A stretch of DNA of 64,000 nucleotides from Candidatus Omnitrophota bacterium. GTDB lineage: Bacteria > Omnitrophota > Gorgyraeia > 2-01-FULL-45-10. Location of the stretch: assembly GCA_026387175.1 (NCBI GenBank), contig JAPLME010000012.1, forward strand, positions 69,849 to 133,848, in the 5' to 3' direction. The position numbers were made by a program, and so were the translations under genes. The notes beneath the pieces are model-generated. The model did not search any database and was not told the DNA's origin. It saw only the letters and a program-made list of their open reading frames with translations. Within the stretch, counting starts at the first letter, position 1. Every line of letters starts with the position of its first letter. Of the stretch, positions 26,942 through 36,426 are shown in pieces.

Positions 26942-27761
26942 CGGCAAACTGGACAAGATGTTTGGATGGTGGAAGGGAGAGTTTTCCGTCACAAGCGGCA
27001 AGACCGCCAAGAAACAGCTTTTCCTGAACTATAAGGGCGGTACCGGCAAAACCTCTATATCCGCGGCATATGGATATTATCTTGCGATGACGGGAAAGAG
27101 AGTGCTGATGATAGACCTGGACGCCCAGGCGCACCTGACCACCTGTTTAAACCAGAAGACCGCGCGCCATGAGAAGAGCCTGTACAGCGTGCTGATACGT
27201 TCCGCGCGGATCTCGGACGTCATAGTCGGCACGTCTCTGCCTACGCTGAAGCTTGCGCCGTCATCAATATCGCTCTCGGCTCTAGAGATGCCTTTATTCA
27301 AGATGCCGTACAGAGAATTCAGGTTACGCCGCGCGATAAAAGAGATAGAGCGCGAATTCGACTTCATAATAATAGACTCGAGCCCCAATATAGGGCTCGT
27401 AAGCCTGAACGCTATACTCGCCTCGAACGAGATACTGGTGCCTCTTCTCGCGGATTTTCTCTCGTTTCACGGGCTCAAGATACTTATGGAGACGCTCGCT
27501 TCGGTGCAGGACGATTTTAATTTTTATTTCAAAAAAATTAATATATTTTTAAACAGGTTTAACCCCGGCTACTCTATATGCAATGAATGCCTGGAAGCCG
27601 TGCGTAAGTATTATCCGGGTTATGCGCTCAAGACGGTAATAGAAGAATCGCATGAGATGATGGATGCCTCGAGCTTCGGAAAATCGATATTCGAGTTCAG
27701 TCCGGATTCGAAAGCCGCCCAAAATATTAAAGATCTTGTGCGGGAAGTCAACGGAATCTAA
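26928..27761 (+). CDS. ParA/MinD-family P-loop ATPase
   Basis: Deviant Walker A NYKGGTGKTSISAAYGYYLAMTGKRVLMIDLDAQ. Walker B-like FDFIIIDSSP. Confidence 0.8.
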   Translation: MQALNGKLDKMFGWWKGEFSVTSGKTAKKQLFLNYKGGTGKTSISAAYGYYLAMTGKRVLMIDLDAQAHLTTCLNQKTARHEKSLYSVLIRSARISDVIVGTSLPTLKLAPSSISLSALEMPLFKMPYREFRLRRAIKEIEREFDFIIIDSSPNIGLVSLNAILASNEILVPLLADFLSFHGLKILMETLASVQDDFNFYFKKINIFLNRFNPGYSICNECLEAVRKYYPGYALKTVIEESHEMMDASSFGKSIFEFSPDSKAAQNIKDLVREVNGI

Positions 27762-27797
27762 TCTGGTTAGAGACTCAAGAATTCAAGGGAGATCGTT

Positions 27798-28250
27798 ATG
27801 AAAACAAAGTTCGATGATAACGTCGCGCAGAATATACCGGTAACTAAAAATTCCGCCGAGCCGGAGCTGCCATGGAAGCTTTCCGAATCGGAGATAACCC
27901 GGATAGAAGCTACCGACGAGGAACATAAGAGCGCGATAACGGCCCCCCCGCTGCATGTGAGGGCGATATTCGTGGTGCTTTTGGTGCTCACCATATTCGT
28001 TGTGATACTGAACAGCGTAGTCAATATGACCATCGATAACGCCGAGATGAGGCTTAATATGTCAAAAAAAGAGAAACAGGTCGTCTCTATACAGACTGCG
28101 CTGACGAATGCCGCGAGCGAAAAAGCGGCCCTGAGCGATACCGCCGCAAAGCTTGAAAAACGCGTCAGTGATCTTAACGCTCAGAAAGAACTCTACACCG
28201 CGGTCATAGAGACATTGACAAAAAAGACGGATGATACACAGACCAACTAA
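27798..28250 (+). CDS. membrane-anchored coiled-coil protein
   Basis: GGGAGATCG..ATG. Single TM IFVVLLVLTIFVVILNSVV. C-terminal heptads. Confidence 0.45.
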   Translation: MKTKFDDNVAQNIPVTKNSAEPELPWKLSESEITRIEATDEEHKSAITAPPLHVRAIFVVLLVLTIFVVILNSVVNMTIDNAEMRLNMSKKEKQVVSIQTALTNAASEKAALSDTAAKLEKRVSDLNAQKELYTAVIETLTKKTDDTQTN

Positions 28251-28275
28251 AACCTAAACTAAACCCCGGGGGTCT

Positions 28276-30879
28276 ATGTTATTTAGAAGACTTGCTTTAT
28301 TTATAATTATATCCTTTCTGGGAATTTCGGCGGCATTCTGCCAGAACCTTGCATGGGAAGATCTCAGTAAACAATCATGGGAGTCCGCTAAAAAGGGTAA
28401 TTTCCCGGAAGCCATTGATGTCGCGATCAAAGCGCTGAATGTCGCCACCGAGCGGTATGGCCCGCGGCATAATAACGTCATAATATCCCTGAACCAGATA
28501 GCGTCTATATATAAGGCGCACGAAAGATACAGGGAGGCGGAACCGTTTTTAAAGAAAGCGCTCGCCGTGAGAGCTCTTTTGGTAAGTGACCCTATTTCTA
28601 GAGAGGATTACGCGGACATATATACGGCCATGAAGAACCTTTACGATATATATAAACTTCAGAATAAATTAGCGCGGGCGGGAAAAGTTTTGAATCGCGC
28701 TATAATGATCGAAGAGAAGTTCGCGTTCAGGAACAATTCCGGCGTTGAATCGGACATAAGAGAGCTGATATCCATATATGAGGCTCAGGATAAGCCGCAG
28801 AGGACAGAGCCTCTATATAAGAAGCTGATGGAGCTGGAAGAGAAACGGTATGGCGCTCATAGCGCCGAGGTCACCAATACGATGAATAATCTGGCTTCCG
28901 CTTACAGGGCCATGAAAAAATATTCGCAAGCCGAACCGCTTCTCAGGTCCGTAATAGAATCGGCCGAGAGTGTTCACGACGGCCCCGCCAGCCAGAATCT
29001 CCCGACATATCTTAATAACCTCGGGACAGTCTATTTCTATCAGGGGAAACTTGCCGAAGCGGAACCGCTTTTTAAGAGAGCGCTTGATATAGATGAGAAG
29101 GCCCTGGGAGCAGCTTCACCCGACATCGTCACAGACCTGAATAACATTGCCACTCTTTATTCATATCAAAAAAAATATCAGGAAGCGGAAGAGCTTTATA
29201 ACAGAGTCCTCGATATAAATGAGAAGGCGTACGGCGCCGACAGCGCCAAACTGATAAAATATATGAATAATATCGCGGCGATATTAACGTACCAGAAGAA
29301 ATATAATGACGCGGAAGGTCTTTATAAGAAAACGCTGGAGATAAGCGAGAAGTCGTTAGGGCCCGATCATTCCACCACAGCCATAGCTCTAAATAATCTG
29401 GCGTTTGTGTATGAAGCCAGAGAAGAATACGCCGAGGCCGAAAGGCTTTATTCCAGATCGGCCCTGATATGCGAGAAGGACCTCGATAAAAATTACTCTA
29501 CGATGAAGACAGCTATTAATAACCTCGTCGCTATCTACAAGATCCAGAACAGGACGCCCGAGGCCGAACAGGCTCTGCGCAGATTGATCGCCGCGCGCGA
29601 AGGCGCTAAAAAAAAAGATAATTCCGATTCCATCCCTGCCATAAAAGAGCTGATCGCGTTATACGCCTCCCAAAATAATTTTAAGATGATGGAAGACAGC
29701 TACCTGAAACTTATACTTATGGAAGCGAATGTCTTTGGCCCCGAAAGCGCGGAGCTTATTAACACAATGAACGAGTTGGCGGGTATTTACAGGAGCCGGA
29801 AAAAAATGTCCGAGGCGGAACCGCTGCTTAAAAGGGTGGTGGCGATAGCTCAAGACGTCGAAGGGCTGCCAGGGTCGAGCCTCTCAATCTATCTTAATAA
29901 CCTCGGCGCTTCATATTTTTATCAGGGCAAATTCGCTGAAGCCGAGCCCATTCTTAAAAAAGCGCTTGTCCTGGACGAAAAAGCGCTGGGCAAAGACAGC
30001 TCCGAGATGATAACGCCTCTCAATAACCTTGCCACCGTGTATTCCTATCAGAAGAAATACAGAGAAGCGGAAGCTCTTTACAATAGGGTTCTTGAGATAT
30101 CCAAAAAGACGTTAGGCCCGGAGAACATCGGCACAAGCTCAGCGCTCAATAATCTGGCCTATCTTTATGAGTCGGAGGAAAATTACGACGAAGCTGCGAA
30201 GTTTTATAACAGTGCCGTAGAGATATGCGAAAAAGACATGAAGGGCAATTATTCCGAACTTAAGTATTCGCTCAACGGCCTCGCCAACATTTACAGAAGC
30301 CAGGGCAAATATGAAGATGCCGAATCGTATTTGAAGAAAATCCTCGCGATAGAGGAAAAGGTCGCGGGAGCCCAGAGCGCGGATCTAGCGGATACGTTGA
30401 ATTCTCTCGCCAGGCTTTACAGGGCGCAGGGGCGTTATTCGGAAGCGGAGGCTGCGCTCAAGAACGCTATAGAGATAGGCGAAAAGGCCCTGGGGGCGAA
30501 TAGCCCGTCCATGAAACCTTACCTGAACAATCTTGCTACAGTATATTTTTATCAGAAAAGGTATGATGACGCGGAGCCGCTCCTTGAAAAGGTCCTTGAT
30601 ATAGATGAACAGTCAACGGGCATGGACAGCGCCGGCCTTATAAAAGACCTGAATAATCTGGCGGCGGTGTATTCGAGCCAGAAAAAATTCGGAGACGCCG
30701 AGTTACTTTACGCAAGGGCGGCATATATATGCCAGAATTTCAGCAATGACCCGAGAGAGCTTTCCAGCGTGCTCGAAAACATGGCCAATATGTACGAGCT
30801 GAGCGATGATTCAGGAAGAGCTGATACATTACGGAAGCAATCCGAAGCAATAACCGCAAAAATAGCAACTCCGCAGTAA
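28276..30879 (+). CDS. secreted 867-aa tetratricopeptide (TPR_10/12, kinesin-light-chain-like) repeat protein
   Basis: Signal peptide, then more than 15 repeats of NNLA..Y..Q.KY.EAEPL..RAL.I.EKALG. Confidence 0.8.
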   Translation: MLFRRLALFIIISFLGISAAFCQNLAWEDLSKQSWESAKKGNFPEAIDVAIKALNVATERYGPRHNNVIISLNQIASIYKAHERYREAEPFLKKALAVRALLVSDPISREDYADIYTAMKNLYDIYKLQNKLARAGKVLNRAIMIEEKFAFRNNSGVESDIRELISIYEAQDKPQRTEPLYKKLMELEEKRYGAHSAEVTNTMNNLASAYRAMKKYSQAEPLLRSVIESAESVHDGPASQNLPTYLNNLGTVYFYQGKLAEAEPLFKRALDIDEKALGAASPDIVTDLNNIATLYSYQKKYQEAEELYNRVLDINEKAYGADSAKLIKYMNNIAAILTYQKKYNDAEGLYKKTLEISEKSLGPDHSTTAIALNNLAFVYEAREEYAEAERLYSRSALICEKDLDKNYSTMKTAINNLVAIYKIQNRTPEAEQALRRLIAAREGAKKKDNSDSIPAIKELIALYASQNNFKMMEDSYLKLILMEANVFGPESAELINTMNELAGIYRSRKKMSEAEPLLKRVVAIAQDVEGLPGSSLSIYLNNLGASYFYQGKFAEAEPILKKALVLDEKALGKDSSEMITPLNNLATVYSYQKKYREAEALYNRVLEISKKTLGPENIGTSSALNNLAYLYESEENYDEAAKFYNSAVEICEKDMKGNYSELKYSLNGLANIYRSQGKYEDAESYLKKILAIEEKVAGAQSADLADTLNSLARLYRAQGRYSEAEAALKNAIEIGEKALGANSPSMKPYLNNLATVYFYQKRYDDAEPLLEKVLDIDEQSTGMDSAGLIKDLNNLAAVYSSQKKFGDAELLYARAAYICQNFSNDPRELSSVLENMANMYELSDDSGRADTLRKQSEAITAKIATPQ

Positions 30880-31000
30880 AGCGCCAGTTAAAGCCACTGT
30901 TAACCATGAAAAAGTAAGCTTTATATCCCATCTCCTTAAATAGTCTTGTGATATACTTCTAATTGGGTTAAGTAATTATAAAGTTAACCAATTTAAAAGT

Positions 31001-31381
31001 ATGGATAAAATAAAATTATCGATTTCCATATTATTGATAGTAGCCGTCGCAAGCTCCCTGGGCTTTGCGGAAATATTTGAGACGGGTATTGCGAGTTATT
31101 ACTCTTATGAATGCGCGAAATCTCCCATGGCAAATGGTAAGCCATTCGATCCGGAGAAGAGGACATGCGCGAGCTGGTTTTACGATTTTGGGACGGTGTT
31201 ATCCGTGCAAAGCCTCGATACCGGACGCTCTACGTATGTTGTTGTGACAGACCGCGGGCCGAATAAAAGGCTTGTGAAAAAAGGAAGAGTGATAGACTTA
31301 TCAAAGAGAGCATTCGAAGATATCTGCGATTTAAAGAAAGGTTTTACACGAGTTATCATCACTGTAAAGACCCGCCTATAG
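31001..31381 (+). CDS. RlpA-like double-psi beta-barrel (DPBB) domain protein
   Basis: GIASYYS...G...TCASW...GTVLSV....GRSTYVVVTDRGP....RVIDLSKRAFE.I matches the RlpA/DPBB_1 pattern. Signal peptide. Confidence 0.7.
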   Translation: MDKIKLSISILLIVAVASSLGFAEIFETGIASYYSYECAKSPMANGKPFDPEKRTCASWFYDFGTVLSVQSLDTGRSTYVVVTDRGPNKRLVKKGRVIDLSKRAFEDICDLKKGFTRVIITVKTRL

Positions 31382-31402
31382 ATAATAATATTATCAAATC
31401 TT

Positions 31403-31437
31403 GACAATACTATATTCATTAGGTATACTTAATTCAA
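31403..31437 (+). promoter_or_regulatory. sigma70-like promoter candidate
   Basis: TTGACA, 17 nt, TATACT, about 55 nt upstream of ATG 31492. Confidence 0.3.
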
Positions 31438-31491
31438 AAGTTAGTTACTAACTTCAGGAAGTTATGGTTTTTTATATATGGAGTTAAGAAA

Positions 31492-32616
31492 ATGAAAATA
31501 GAGAGAAATTATTTTTTCACCTGTCAAGAGCTGAATGACAAAGAAAAAAGGAATTTGTTAATATACGACTTGATAAGAAAAAAAGGCGTGATATCCCGGG
31601 CGGAGATTACTAAAGCCACCGGGATAAACGCGGTATCGGTCTCCAATTACGTAAATAATTTTATTGAAAAGAAGATGGTTCTCGAAAAAGGATTTGATGT
31701 ATCCTCCGGCGGAAGAAAGCCGGAACTCGTTGAGCTCGATTCCGAATCGAACTACGTTATAGGTATAAATATCGGTAAGGCTAATATACGGAGCGTGGTC
31801 GCGGATATCGGATTAAGCGTGAAAGCCAGGAAGCAGGTTTCCAGGCCATCGGACCGGGGAATGTCCGGAGAGATCGTTAAATTAATAGAAGAGATCATCC
31901 GCGATTCCAAGATCAGCGCTTCAAATATAAAAGCTATAGGACTGGGCGTATCGGCCGCAAAATTTGATCAGGCCGCCGGCGTAATCAAAAAAGAGACCGG
32001 CATAGACGCGTATGCAGGTCCTTCCGCTGTGTGCGCGGCTTTCGCGGAGAAGCGCTTTAATAAGGCCGCGGAAAACTTCGAGAATATGTTATATATATAT
32101 TCGGACGTCGGCGAAGGCGTTATGACGCGCGGCGAAGCGTATCTGAGCGCGTCGGAAGATGCGGAGCTTTTGGACGGGAAGCTCAGGTACTTAAGGCCAT
32201 GGGATGATTATTTAAGCATAGTGGAGAGCGCGAAGCGCGAAGTGGCCAGAGGCGTGGGGACCAAAATCGTGAGCCTGGCCAGCGGAAGAATGGATAACAT
32301 AACAAAAGAAGTAGTAGTAGCTGCCGCGAAAGCCGATGACGAAGTCGCGCTTAACATAGCGTTCGGCGTCGGTATAAACCTGGGACTAAGGATAGCGTAT
32401 CTAATCAATCTTTTCACCCCCGAAGTTATAGTGATAGGGGACGGCCTCCAGGATACCGGCGATATAATATTCATGCCGCTCAAAAAGATGATAGAGCGGC
32501 TATCTTATAGAAACAATATGAAAAATCTGAAGATAATATTGGGCGCTTTCGGTGAAGACGCGCCTGAAATCGGAGCGGCATCGCTCGCTGTCAGAGAAAT
32601 ATTTCTTAAAGCGTAA
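31492..32616 (+). CDS. ROK-like transcriptional regulator / sugar-kinase-fold protein with N-terminal wHTH
   Basis: N-terminal LLIYDLIRKKGVISRAEITKATGINAVSVSNYVNNF (MarR-like wHTH), followed by an actin-like ATPase fold (VIGINIG...). Canonical ROK Zn motif not evident. Confidence 0.55.
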   Translation: MKIERNYFFTCQELNDKEKRNLLIYDLIRKKGVISRAEITKATGINAVSVSNYVNNFIEKKMVLEKGFDVSSGGRKPELVELDSESNYVIGINIGKANIRSVVADIGLSVKARKQVSRPSDRGMSGEIVKLIEEIIRDSKISASNIKAIGLGVSAAKFDQAAGVIKKETGIDAYAGPSAVCAAFAEKRFNKAAENFENMLYIYSDVGEGVMTRGEAYLSASEDAELLDGKLRYLRPWDDYLSIVESAKREVARGVGTKIVSLASGRMDNITKEVVVAAAKADDEVALNIAFGVGINLGLRIAYLINLFTPEVIVIGDGLQDTGDIIFMPLKKMIERLSYRNNMKNLKIILGAFGEDAPEIGAASLAVREIFLKA

Positions 32617-32618
32617 AA

Positions 32619-32722
32619 GGCCGATGTCGGAGACATCGGCACTTAGCTTGTAATGCGGCTTAATAAACTTGACCGATGTCGGAGACATCGGCACTTAGCC
32701 TGTAATATGGCTGAATAAACTT
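32619..32722 (+). repeat. two tandem copies of the ~53-nt two-hairpin leader motif (copies 2 and 3)
   Basis: 32619-32671 and 32672-32722 each read CCGATGTCggaGACATCGG-cactt-AGCYtgtaatRYGGCT-Kaataaacttg. The last copy is followed by GGAGGA and ATG 32734. Confidence 0.75.
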
Positions 32723-32733
32723 GGAGGAAAAGT

Positions 32734-33087
32734 ATGTCTGAAGAGAAAAATTGCAGGCTCTGCGGAAAACCGTTCCTTGCCAATAAGTACAGACCCAATC
32801 AGACGATCTGTTCTTCGCTCGAATGCCAATATCAGAGGCAGCTGGAGAATATGAAACAGTGGCGCGATCGAAACCCCCAGTACTTCAAGTATAAAGAAAG
32901 CCAGGATTCCTCCTGGAAAGAGACCTGCAGGCAGCGATCGCTCGAATGGCGCAAGCGCCATATGGACTATCTGAAACTCTACAGAGAAGAGCATAGAGAG
33001 CGCCATCGTAATTACATGAGAGATTACATGAGGCAGTATAGAAAGCAGAAGGGCGTCGGGGAAACAAAAGACTGGAAGGCCGAATAA
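32734..33087 (+). CDS. zinc-ribbon protein with extremely basic Arg/Tyr/Lys/Glu-rich C-terminal region
   Basis: CRLCGKPF...CSSLECQYQRQ (C4), then RKRHMDYLKLYREEHRERHRNYMRDYMRQYRKQKG. Confidence 0.5.
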   Translation: MSEEKNCRLCGKPFLANKYRPNQTICSSLECQYQRQLENMKQWRDRNPQYFKYKESQDSSWKETCRQRSLEWRKRHMDYLKLYREEHRERHRNYMRDYMRQYRKQKGVGETKDWKAE

Positions 33088-33095
33088 ACTTTCCC

Positions 33096-35099
33096 ATGCC
33101 CATATTTAAACACGCGGTAAAGATCATAATATCAGCCACACTTATTTTCGGCTTATCGGCCTGGAGCACCGTTTTCGCGAGCCAGCTTGGTTCTAAAGAA
33201 GAACTTAATCTGGACCTTAATCCCGTCGTGCCTGAGGCCGAGACCTCTGAACCGAAGGCTCCCGCAAAAACAACTCCACAGCCTACAATTGTAAAAAAGG
33301 CCCCCGCGCCGATCCCTGAGCTTCCCAAAAAAGAGATTGCCGAACAGAAGCCGGACATGAATAAAGCCGCCGTGGCGCCTGTAGTGTCGCCGAAAGCGCC
33401 AGTGGTTGCGCCAAAAACACCGGCAGTCGCGCCGAAAGCAATGCCGAAAGATACGGTGAAGAAGGCCGAGCCTGTCGCGCCGCAGACAATAAAAACTCAG
33501 CCGATAAAAGTGACAGAGAAAAGCGCTGAAGAGATGAAGCCGCCGGAAGTGAAGAAGCCGGTAGAGAGTAAAGTCGAGATCATAAAGCCTCCCAAAATAA
33601 GTAAAGTAAGCAGGAAGCCTTATGAGAAGGGATCGGGAATTGTCAATAAATGGTTTGGCCTCGAAACCGGAGTGGAAAAGATGGGCTCGCCCCGCGGCGT
33701 CAATCCGCAGATAAATCCGGTTCCGAGCTTCGGCGACGTATTTACTCTTGACGATTGTATAAGCATCGCGATAAAGAATGACATCCCTTTACAGGTATCG
33801 GAGAAGAGCGTAAAGCTCGCGCAGATGAGAATTATTGAGGCCCGGCGCAATATGCTGCCTTCGGTCACCGTAGCCTTTGAGCCATACACCGGAAAAGTCA
33901 ATGAACGGAACTATATAGGGAGAAAACAGTACATAGAGGGCAAACAGCCGCTCTACCACGGCGGTGAATTATACTACACTTTAAAACAGGCAGAGACAAA
34001 CCTTGAGATAACGAAGACCGAAGGGGATAAGATAAAAAATGAGCTCGTGCTCCAGGTCAAAAAGGCTTACTATACTCTCGCGAAGACGGAGGATAACCTG
34101 CGTATGCAGACAGAGCTCTCCGGCGAAGTCGAACGTATTTTCCAAATGGTCAACGACCAGTATGATGCCAATGTCGCTTCCAAACTGGAGCTTCTTAATG
34201 TGAGCTCGCAGGCAAGCCAGGTCAAATTTCAATTCGCTTCCGCGGAAGGCGATGTCTCTGTGGCGGAATTGATATTAAAGCAGGCGATGAATATAGATCC
34301 GGAAATAAAGATAAACGTGAAACCAAAACTCGCGTTTAATAGAGTAAAAGTGAGATATGAAGACGCGCTGACGGCAGCTTTTATGAACAGGCCGGAGGTG
34401 AAGACCAACCTGCTGATGATAGAATATTATACTTACGGCAAAAAGATAGCCGCATCCAAGAGCCTGCCAAAAGTAGATCTTATGGGAAGCTGGGGCTACG
34501 CGAAGGAATATTTTACACCACTGGATAACGCGTGGGCCGATACAGGTTTTCCCGGACAGACCCCTATATATCCGGAGCAGAAGCTCGAAGAGCAGTGGTA
34601 CGCCGGAGTAAAGGCATCGGTTCCGTTCTGGGGATCCACCGCGGAATATTCCTTTACCAAAGAACAGTGGACTCCGGTGATAAGCGCGTACCAGGGGACA
34701 GAGGCCACCACAAATTCTTATAAACTGAAGCTCTTCGACAATCTCGCCATGTACTCCGATAAACAGCTCTCGGAAGTAGACTTTGACAGGGCAAGACAGG
34801 AACTTAACAAGATAAAGCAGGATGTCACTCTCGAGGTGAAAGAACAGTGTTTCAATTACCAGAAAGCGCTTATACAGCTCGATACGGCTTCCAATAAAGT
34901 AAGGTACCAGGAAAATGACTTCGAATTTACGAAAACGAAACGCTCGCTCGATGAGGCGCCGGACTCCGGCGTCATAGAGAGCATGATAAAGCTTTTTCAG
35001 GAGAGATTCGGGTATGTGCAGGCTTTAGCGGATTGTCATACGGCCATAGCAAGTATAAATAAAGCGATCGGCATCGAAGATTATTTTAAGGATGAATAA
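33096..35099 (+). CDS. TolC-like outer membrane efflux protein (OEP) with Pro/Ala/Lys-rich N-terminal extension
   Basis: Signal peptide. ~150-aa PAK-rich low-complexity region. Then two OEP repeats (LTLDDCISIAIKNDIPLQVSEKSVKLAQMRIIEARRNMLPSV...). Confidence 0.8.
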   Translation: MPIFKHAVKIIISATLIFGLSAWSTVFASQLGSKEELNLDLNPVVPEAETSEPKAPAKTTPQPTIVKKAPAPIPELPKKEIAEQKPDMNKAAVAPVVSPKAPVVAPKTPAVAPKAMPKDTVKKAEPVAPQTIKTQPIKVTEKSAEEMKPPEVKKPVESKVEIIKPPKISKVSRKPYEKGSGIVNKWFGLETGVEKMGSPRGVNPQINPVPSFGDVFTLDDCISIAIKNDIPLQVSEKSVKLAQMRIIEARRNMLPSVTVAFEPYTGKVNERNYIGRKQYIEGKQPLYHGGELYYTLKQAETNLEITKTEGDKIKNELVLQVKKAYYTLAKTEDNLRMQTELSGEVERIFQMVNDQYDANVASKLELLNVSSQASQVKFQFASAEGDVSVAELILKQAMNIDPEIKINVKPKLAFNRVKVRYEDALTAAFMNRPEVKTNLLMIEYYTYGKKIAASKSLPKVDLMGSWGYAKEYFTPLDNAWADTGFPGQTPIYPEQKLEEQWYAGVKASVPFWGSTAEYSFTKEQWTPVISAYQGTEATTNSYKLKLFDNLAMYSDKQLSEVDFDRARQELNKIKQDVTLEVKEQCFNYQKALIQLDTASNKVRYQENDFEFTKTKRSLDEAPDSGVIESMIKLFQERFGYVQALADCHTAIASINKAIGIEDYFKDE

Positions 35100-35135
35100 A
35101 ATTTATCAGGACACAAAAAAAGGGGCGCTTCATAT

Positions 35136-36338
35136 ATGGACATAAAAAATAAGAAGAAATTTCTTTTTATCGCGATTGTCGCGGTAGTGGCGGTGGTAAT
35201 CCTGGTAAGGACGACCGGGAACATCCAGAAGGCGATATTCAAGAAAAAACCCAGCGCCGCCGGCAAGGTCCCCGCCGTAAGTTTCGAAGAGGAAGTTACG
35301 CCGGTAAAGGTCTATAAGGTCAGGCGCATGGATTTTAAAGATACGCTGCCGGCCATAGGAAACATAAAAGGTTTCAAAGAAGTCGATCTTCGCTTTCAGG
35401 CGGCGGGCGTTATAGAGAGCATGAACTTTGAGGAAGGCGAGAAGATCCAGGAAGGCGACATCATAGCGAGCGTTGTGCAGAAGGACGCGCTCTTAAAACT
35501 AAAATATGCTGAAGTTGAATTGAATAAAAATAAGAGGCTCTTCGAGATAGGGGCGATATCGCCCTTGAAGATGGAGCAGGCCAAGCTTGAATACGAATCC
35601 GCGAAATCGGATCTCGACAAGACAAATATATACGCGATGTACAACGGTTTTATGGGACCAAAGACTTTAGATGTCGGCAGTTACGTAAATCCCAGTACCA
35701 GCGATAAGGTCGGAACATTTATAGTTATGGATAAAGTATACGCCGAGTTCAGCATAATAGAGAAGGACATGCCTAATGTCACATTGGGCCAGAAAGTGGA
35801 TGTATTCGCCGAATCCTATCCCAATAAATCTTTCAGCGGCACTGTCGACAGGATCTCTCCTATTATTGAGGGCCGTTCGCGCACGATGACTATAAAGGTA
35901 GAGCTTGATAATAAAGACGGAATCTTGAAACCCGGATTATTCATCAGGGCGCTCATCTATACGTATGACAAGAAGGACGCGATAGTGGTGCCGACATCCG
36001 CGATGAAGAAGAAGGACGCCGATGTCTTTGTTTACATCGTGACTAAGGAGGAGCCGAAGAAAGAGGTAGTTGAGGAGAAGCCGAAAGAGAAGAAGCGCGG
36101 GCTCTTCGGATTCATGGCCGGAAAGAAGAAGGAGGAGCCGAAGAAAGAGCCGATGGTGAAAGAGAAAGAGGCCCAGTTCGGCACCGTCGAAGTGAGAAAG
36201 ATCAAGATGGGCCATACCACACCGGATCTTATGGAAGTCGACGACGGCGTGAAAGAGGACGATCTCGTGATAGTGGAGGTCCAGGAAGAATTTAAGGATA
36301 AAGCCCGGGTAGAGATATCAGAAGTGCAGGAGACGTAA
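35136..36338 (+). CDS. RND efflux membrane-fusion (periplasmic adaptor) protein, HlyD family, with K/E-rich insertion
   Basis: N-terminal TM. Biotinyl-lipoyl-like and beta-barrel MFP motifs (GNIKGFKEVDLRFQAAGVIESMNFEEGEKIQEGDIIASV). EEPKKE repeats near the C-terminus. Confidence 0.85.
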   Translation: MDIKNKKKFLFIAIVAVVAVVILVRTTGNIQKAIFKKKPSAAGKVPAVSFEEEVTPVKVYKVRRMDFKDTLPAIGNIKGFKEVDLRFQAAGVIESMNFEEGEKIQEGDIIASVVQKDALLKLKYAEVELNKNKRLFEIGAISPLKMEQAKLEYESAKSDLDKTNIYAMYNGFMGPKTLDVGSYVNPSTSDKVGTFIVMDKVYAEFSIIEKDMPNVTLGQKVDVFAESYPNKSFSGTVDRISPIIEGRSRTMTIKVELDNKDGILKPGLFIRALIYTYDKKDAIVVPTSAMKKKDADVFVYIVTKEEPKKEVVEEKPKEKKRGLFGFMAGKKKEEPKKEPMVKEKEAQFGTVEVRKIKMGHTTPDLMEVDDGVKEDDLVIVEVQEEFKDKARVEISEVQET

Positions 36339-36342
36339 TCTT

Positions 36343-36412
36343 TAAAATAGGGACAGCGCCCTATTTGTTTTCGAATAAGTCCGGAAAAATAGGGCGCTGT
36401 CCCTATTTTTCA
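36343..36412 (+). terminator. palindromic double hairpin with T-tract between MFP and RND genes (intra-operon attenuator/terminator candidate)
   Basis: aaaATAGGGacagcgCCCTATtt ... aaATAGGGcgctgtCCCTATTTTT. The two arms are exact reverse complements. Confidence 0.45.
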
Positions 36413-36426
36413 AGAGAAAATAACCA

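Noticed and set aside
32619-32722. Possibility that the tandem direct repeats are a CRISPR array.
   Set aside because: Only two adjacent units with no spacer between them, plus one distant copy. No cas genes. Units carry SD-proximal placement typical of a leader, not a CRISPR repeat.
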